64,000 bases of DNA from Blastocatellia bacterium (GTDB lineage Bacteria > Acidobacteriota > Blastocatellia > UBA7656), in NCBI GenBank assembly GCA_963765495.1, contig CAVXWP010000002.1, forward strand, positions 1 to 64,000, given 5' to 3'. Shown here piece by piece: positions 61,441-64,000 of this stretch. How positions within the stretch are numbered: the stretch's first letter is position 1; each line of letters starts with the position of its first letter. Both the position numbers and the translations under genes were made by a program. Under the pieces are notes generated by a model. That model searched no databases. It saw only the letters and a program-made list of their open reading frames with translations, and had not been told where the DNA came from.

Positions 61441-63649
61441 TTCCGACCCTAGCGCCGCAGAAGTTCGAGAGGCAGCGCAACGGTATGTCGAGGCTGGTCG
61501 CTCTGTCTTTCCAATTGGCACGAACAAGCGGCCTGCCATTGCTGAGTGGAAGCCGTTTCAACAGCGACACGCAACGCATGAGGAATTATTCGACTGGTAT
61601 GGCAATGGGCGCAGACTAGGCATTGGTATTGTCTGCGGTGCGATCAGTGGCGGCGACGGCTACGGACTGGAAGTAGCCGACATTGAGGGTCGCGCGGCTC
61701 ATTTGTTCGCTCCATTGAGCGACGAAATTGATGAGCATTTACCGGGTCTATTCGAGAGAATGCCAGTCTTCCGTACGCCGAGTGGCGGCTTTCACCTTCC
61801 CTATCTAACTCCAAAAATTGAAGGGGGTCGTCGGCTCGCAGTACGTCAAAGAATAGGAGACGATGGGCAACCAATTCTCAACAAGCACAAGAAACCAGAA
61901 ACCGAACTGCTTATCGAGACTCGTGCAGAAGGTCATTACGTTGTCACCTACCCTAGCCCGGCCTGCTGTCATCCAGAGGGAAAATACTATCAACTGGTCG
62001 CTGGCGATTGGTGCGATCTGCCAATACTCACAGCCCAAGAGCGCGACAATTTGATTACCATTTGCGCGAGTTTCAATGAATACACCGAGTCTGTATATGC
62101 TCATATCAATAGCCATAACGAAACGAACGGATCAAGCACAAGGCCGGGGCATGACTTCAATATCCGTGCGACCTGGGAGGAAGTGTTAGAGCCACATGGC
62201 TGGCAAGTAGTCAAACGTCGAGGTCATGTTTTGCTCTGGCGCAAGCCGGGCGCTCGAAAGAATCCATACCATGCAACCACGAATTACGGCAGTAGTGACC
62301 TACTCTATGTATTTTCGACAAACACGGAATTTGAGTCAGAGCGCGGTTACAACAAATTTGCAGCCTACACGCTATTGAATCACGGCGACCTGACAAAAGA
62401 GTCATTCGAGACATCGGCGCGAGAGCTTGGCAAGATAGGTTATGGCGAACAAAGCGGCTTCAATGTATTTGTTGGCAGCGGAAAGCAAGATGACGATGGG
62501 TCACAGTCGGAAAAGCGCCGAAGGCTTATTCACGCCGATGAGCTTGACAGCCTGCCATCCATCGAATGGCTGATCGAGAACGAAATCCCTAAACATAGCC
62601 TGACGGTGCTATTTGGGCCGAGCGGCGCAGGCAAGTCATTTGTTGCACTCGATTATGCCTTGCGCGTGGCGCAATCCGCGCCAGTCGTTTACATCGCGGC
62701 TGAGGGTGTGAGCGGCTATTCGGCGCGAGTGAAGGCATGGTGTAACCATCACAAGCTGCCTGCGGGTCATCTGTATTTTTGGCCGGACACGGCTCAAATC
62801 ATGCACGCAAACGGTGTTAGTGATCTTTTGTTCGAGATCACCGAAGTTGAGCCAGTCCTGCTTGTAGTTGACACGCTTGCACGATGTATGGTCGGCGGTG
62901 ATGAAAACTCAGCAAAAGACATGGGACTGTTCATAGAAGGCTGTACGCGGATTATAAAAGCGACTGGCGCAACCGTTATGCCAGTGCATCATACTGGCAA
63001 GACTGCCGCAAGCGGGCCGCGTGGTAGTAGTGCGCTCTATGGAGCGGCCGATGTCATCATCGAACTGGCAAACGACAATGGCCGGATTCAATTGCGTTGC
63101 GAAAAGGCAAAGGATAGCGCGCTGTTTGAGACGCGCCGTCTTCGTCTGACTCAATGGAGTGATTCCTGTGTGCTCACCGAAGAAACTGGCCTCATAGTGA
63201 TAATTGAGCCACTTTCTACAAGACAACGCGAGCTTCTTGAAATCCTCGCATATCCAGCATTTAAGGATTCCGGCGCTAAGCTCAATGAACTTGTCAGTTT
63301 GTCAAAAATGCCTCAAAGCACGGCCTGTCACTCACTTGTTAGACTAAAAACAGGGGGCTACATCATTCAGCCCAACTCAAAAGGTCCATATTTTATCACA
63401 GACAAGGGTACTGCTTTTGTCACTCCAAACGACACCAAAGATATTGAAGTTGAGTTAAATAGTGAGGACAGTGGTAGTTACAGCCACCACTCCAAAGACT
63501 CCAATGACACTCCAATATCCCCAAATGAAGCAAAGGGCAACCCATCCTGCTCTTACTCCAACAACTCCAAAACCCCTTTAGGGGTTGGAGTTGATTGGAG
63601 TACAGCAGGAGCCGTTGAAGATGAGGACATGGATGAAGGCGAATTATGA
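61418..63649 (+). CDS. Bifunctional primase/polymerase + AAA_25 (RepA-like) helicase
   Basis: VFPI..KRP..WKPFQ, GIGIVCG, RTPSGGFH, GPSGAGKS, LVVDTLAR, DENSAKDM, HHTGK and RGSSAL motifs. Confidence 0.9.
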   Translation: MGATGKANSDPSAAEVREAAQRYVEAGRSVFPIGTNKRPAIAEWKPFQQRHATHEELFDWYGNGRRLGIGIVCGAISGGDGYGLEVADIEGRAAHLFAPLSDEIDEHLPGLFERMPVFRTPSGGFHLPYLTPKIEGGRRLAVRQRIGDDGQPILNKHKKPETELLIETRAEGHYVVTYPSPACCHPEGKYYQLVAGDWCDLPILTAQERDNLITICASFNEYTESVYAHINSHNETNGSSTRPGHDFNIRATWEEVLEPHGWQVVKRRGHVLLWRKPGARKNPYHATTNYGSSDLLYVFSTNTEFESERGYNKFAAYTLLNHGDLTKESFETSARELGKIGYGEQSGFNVFVGSGKQDDDGSQSEKRRRLIHADELDSLPSIEWLIENEIPKHSLTVLFGPSGAGKSFVALDYALRVAQSAPVVYIAAEGVSGYSARVKAWCNHHKLPAGHLYFWPDTAQIMHANGVSDLLFEITEVEPVLLVVDTLARCMVGGDENSAKDMGLFIEGCTRIIKATGATVMPVHHTGKTAASGPRGSSALYGAADVIIELANDNGRIQLRCEKAKDSALFETRRLRLTQWSDSCVLTEETGLIVIIEPLSTRQRELLEILAYPAFKDSGAKLNELVSLSKMPQSTACHSLVRLKTGGYIIQPNSKGPYFITDKGTAFVTPNDTKDIEVELNSEDSGSYSHHSKDSNDTPISPNEAKGNPSCSYSNNSKTPLGVGVDWSTAGAVEDEDMDEGEL

Positions 63650-63957
63650 CGGCGAGAGATTGCATAGAGCGGCTTACGGCAAAGAGGGTGAGGCTGTGGC
63701 TTGATGGCGACAGACTGCGCTACAACGCGCCGCGTGACGCACTCACGCGCGATTTGCGCGCAGCAATCGCGGCGAATCGGGCAGAGATAATTCACCTTCT
63801 GCGGGATGAGCCGCCCGGTATTGTGATTCCTGAGCCAGCAGAGTGGTTCAACGCCATCGAGCGATGCTTTAACGGGAACTGTAACACCATGTTGGCATTC
63901 AAGGCAGGGCGCGGCATCTGTAATCACTGCGGCGTATATCAGCGAATTGTGGAGTAA
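63646..63957 (+). CDS. TubC N-terminal-like small protein with zinc ribbon
   Basis: LWLDGDRLRYNAP..LRAAIAANRAEIIHLL; coupled to the primase gene. Confidence 0.65.
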   Translation: MTARDCIERLTAKRVRLWLDGDRLRYNAPRDALTRDLRAAIAANRAEIIHLLRDEPPGIVIPEPAEWFNAIERCFNGNCNTMLAFKAGRGICNHCGVYQRIVE

Positions 63958-64000
63958 AGAGTATATGAGCGCACAACTGATTAAACCGAAACTATGGACA

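Larger units (their letters stand above)
55782..64000. mobile_element. Phage-satellite/ICE-like element (partial), beginning inside an attC
   Basis: attC homology stops at ~55781. Divergent gene modules with ArdC, Xre HTH, primase-helicase and a TubC_N-like small protein follow, with no further attC. Confidence 0.75.

Noticed and set aside
1-64000. Integron integrase (intI) / attI
   Set aside because: No ORF with tyrosine-recombinase R-H-R-H-Y motifs appears in the track, and no attI could be supported.
1-64000. Retron/DGR or tRNA/rRNA genes
   Set aside because: No reverse transcriptase ORF, no adenine-specific TR/VR pair, and no tRNA or rRNA signatures were recognised.

Overview
Positions 1-55.8 kb are a very large integron-type gene-cassette array. 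I count about 51 complete attC sites plus one half site, mostly one ~85-bp family GCCTAAC...GTTAGGC, and no integron integrase in the window. The array has two divergent arms: 32 attC on the minus strand (424-28366) and 19 on the plus strand (32944-54379). An IS4/IS66 composite without target duplication lies between them. Coding cassettes are mostly defence/TA-like (TIR, HEPN pair, Uma2 x2, DUF433/DUF5615, Abi-alpha, PD-(D/E)XK nucleases, and a REase-NACHT gene broken by three IS) or small secreted proteins. About 22 cassettes carry no credible ORF and fall into three conserved, apparently structured families (A x12, B x6, C x4). The attC core is repeatedly targeted by mobile elements: three identical 819-nt ORF-less group IIB introns whose EBS1 loop is complementary to GTTAGG, IS110 elements whose upstream non-coding region carries attC-matching and end-matching 8-mers (bridge-RNA-like), an IS4, and an IS903-like IS5. 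From ~55.78 kb a phage-satellite/ICE-like element (ArdC, Xre repressor, primase-helicase) cuts an attC in half. Most IS and many cassettes show a 5' pyrimidine-rich / 3' purine-rich polarity on both strands. All family calls come from motif recognition by eye; no database searches were run.
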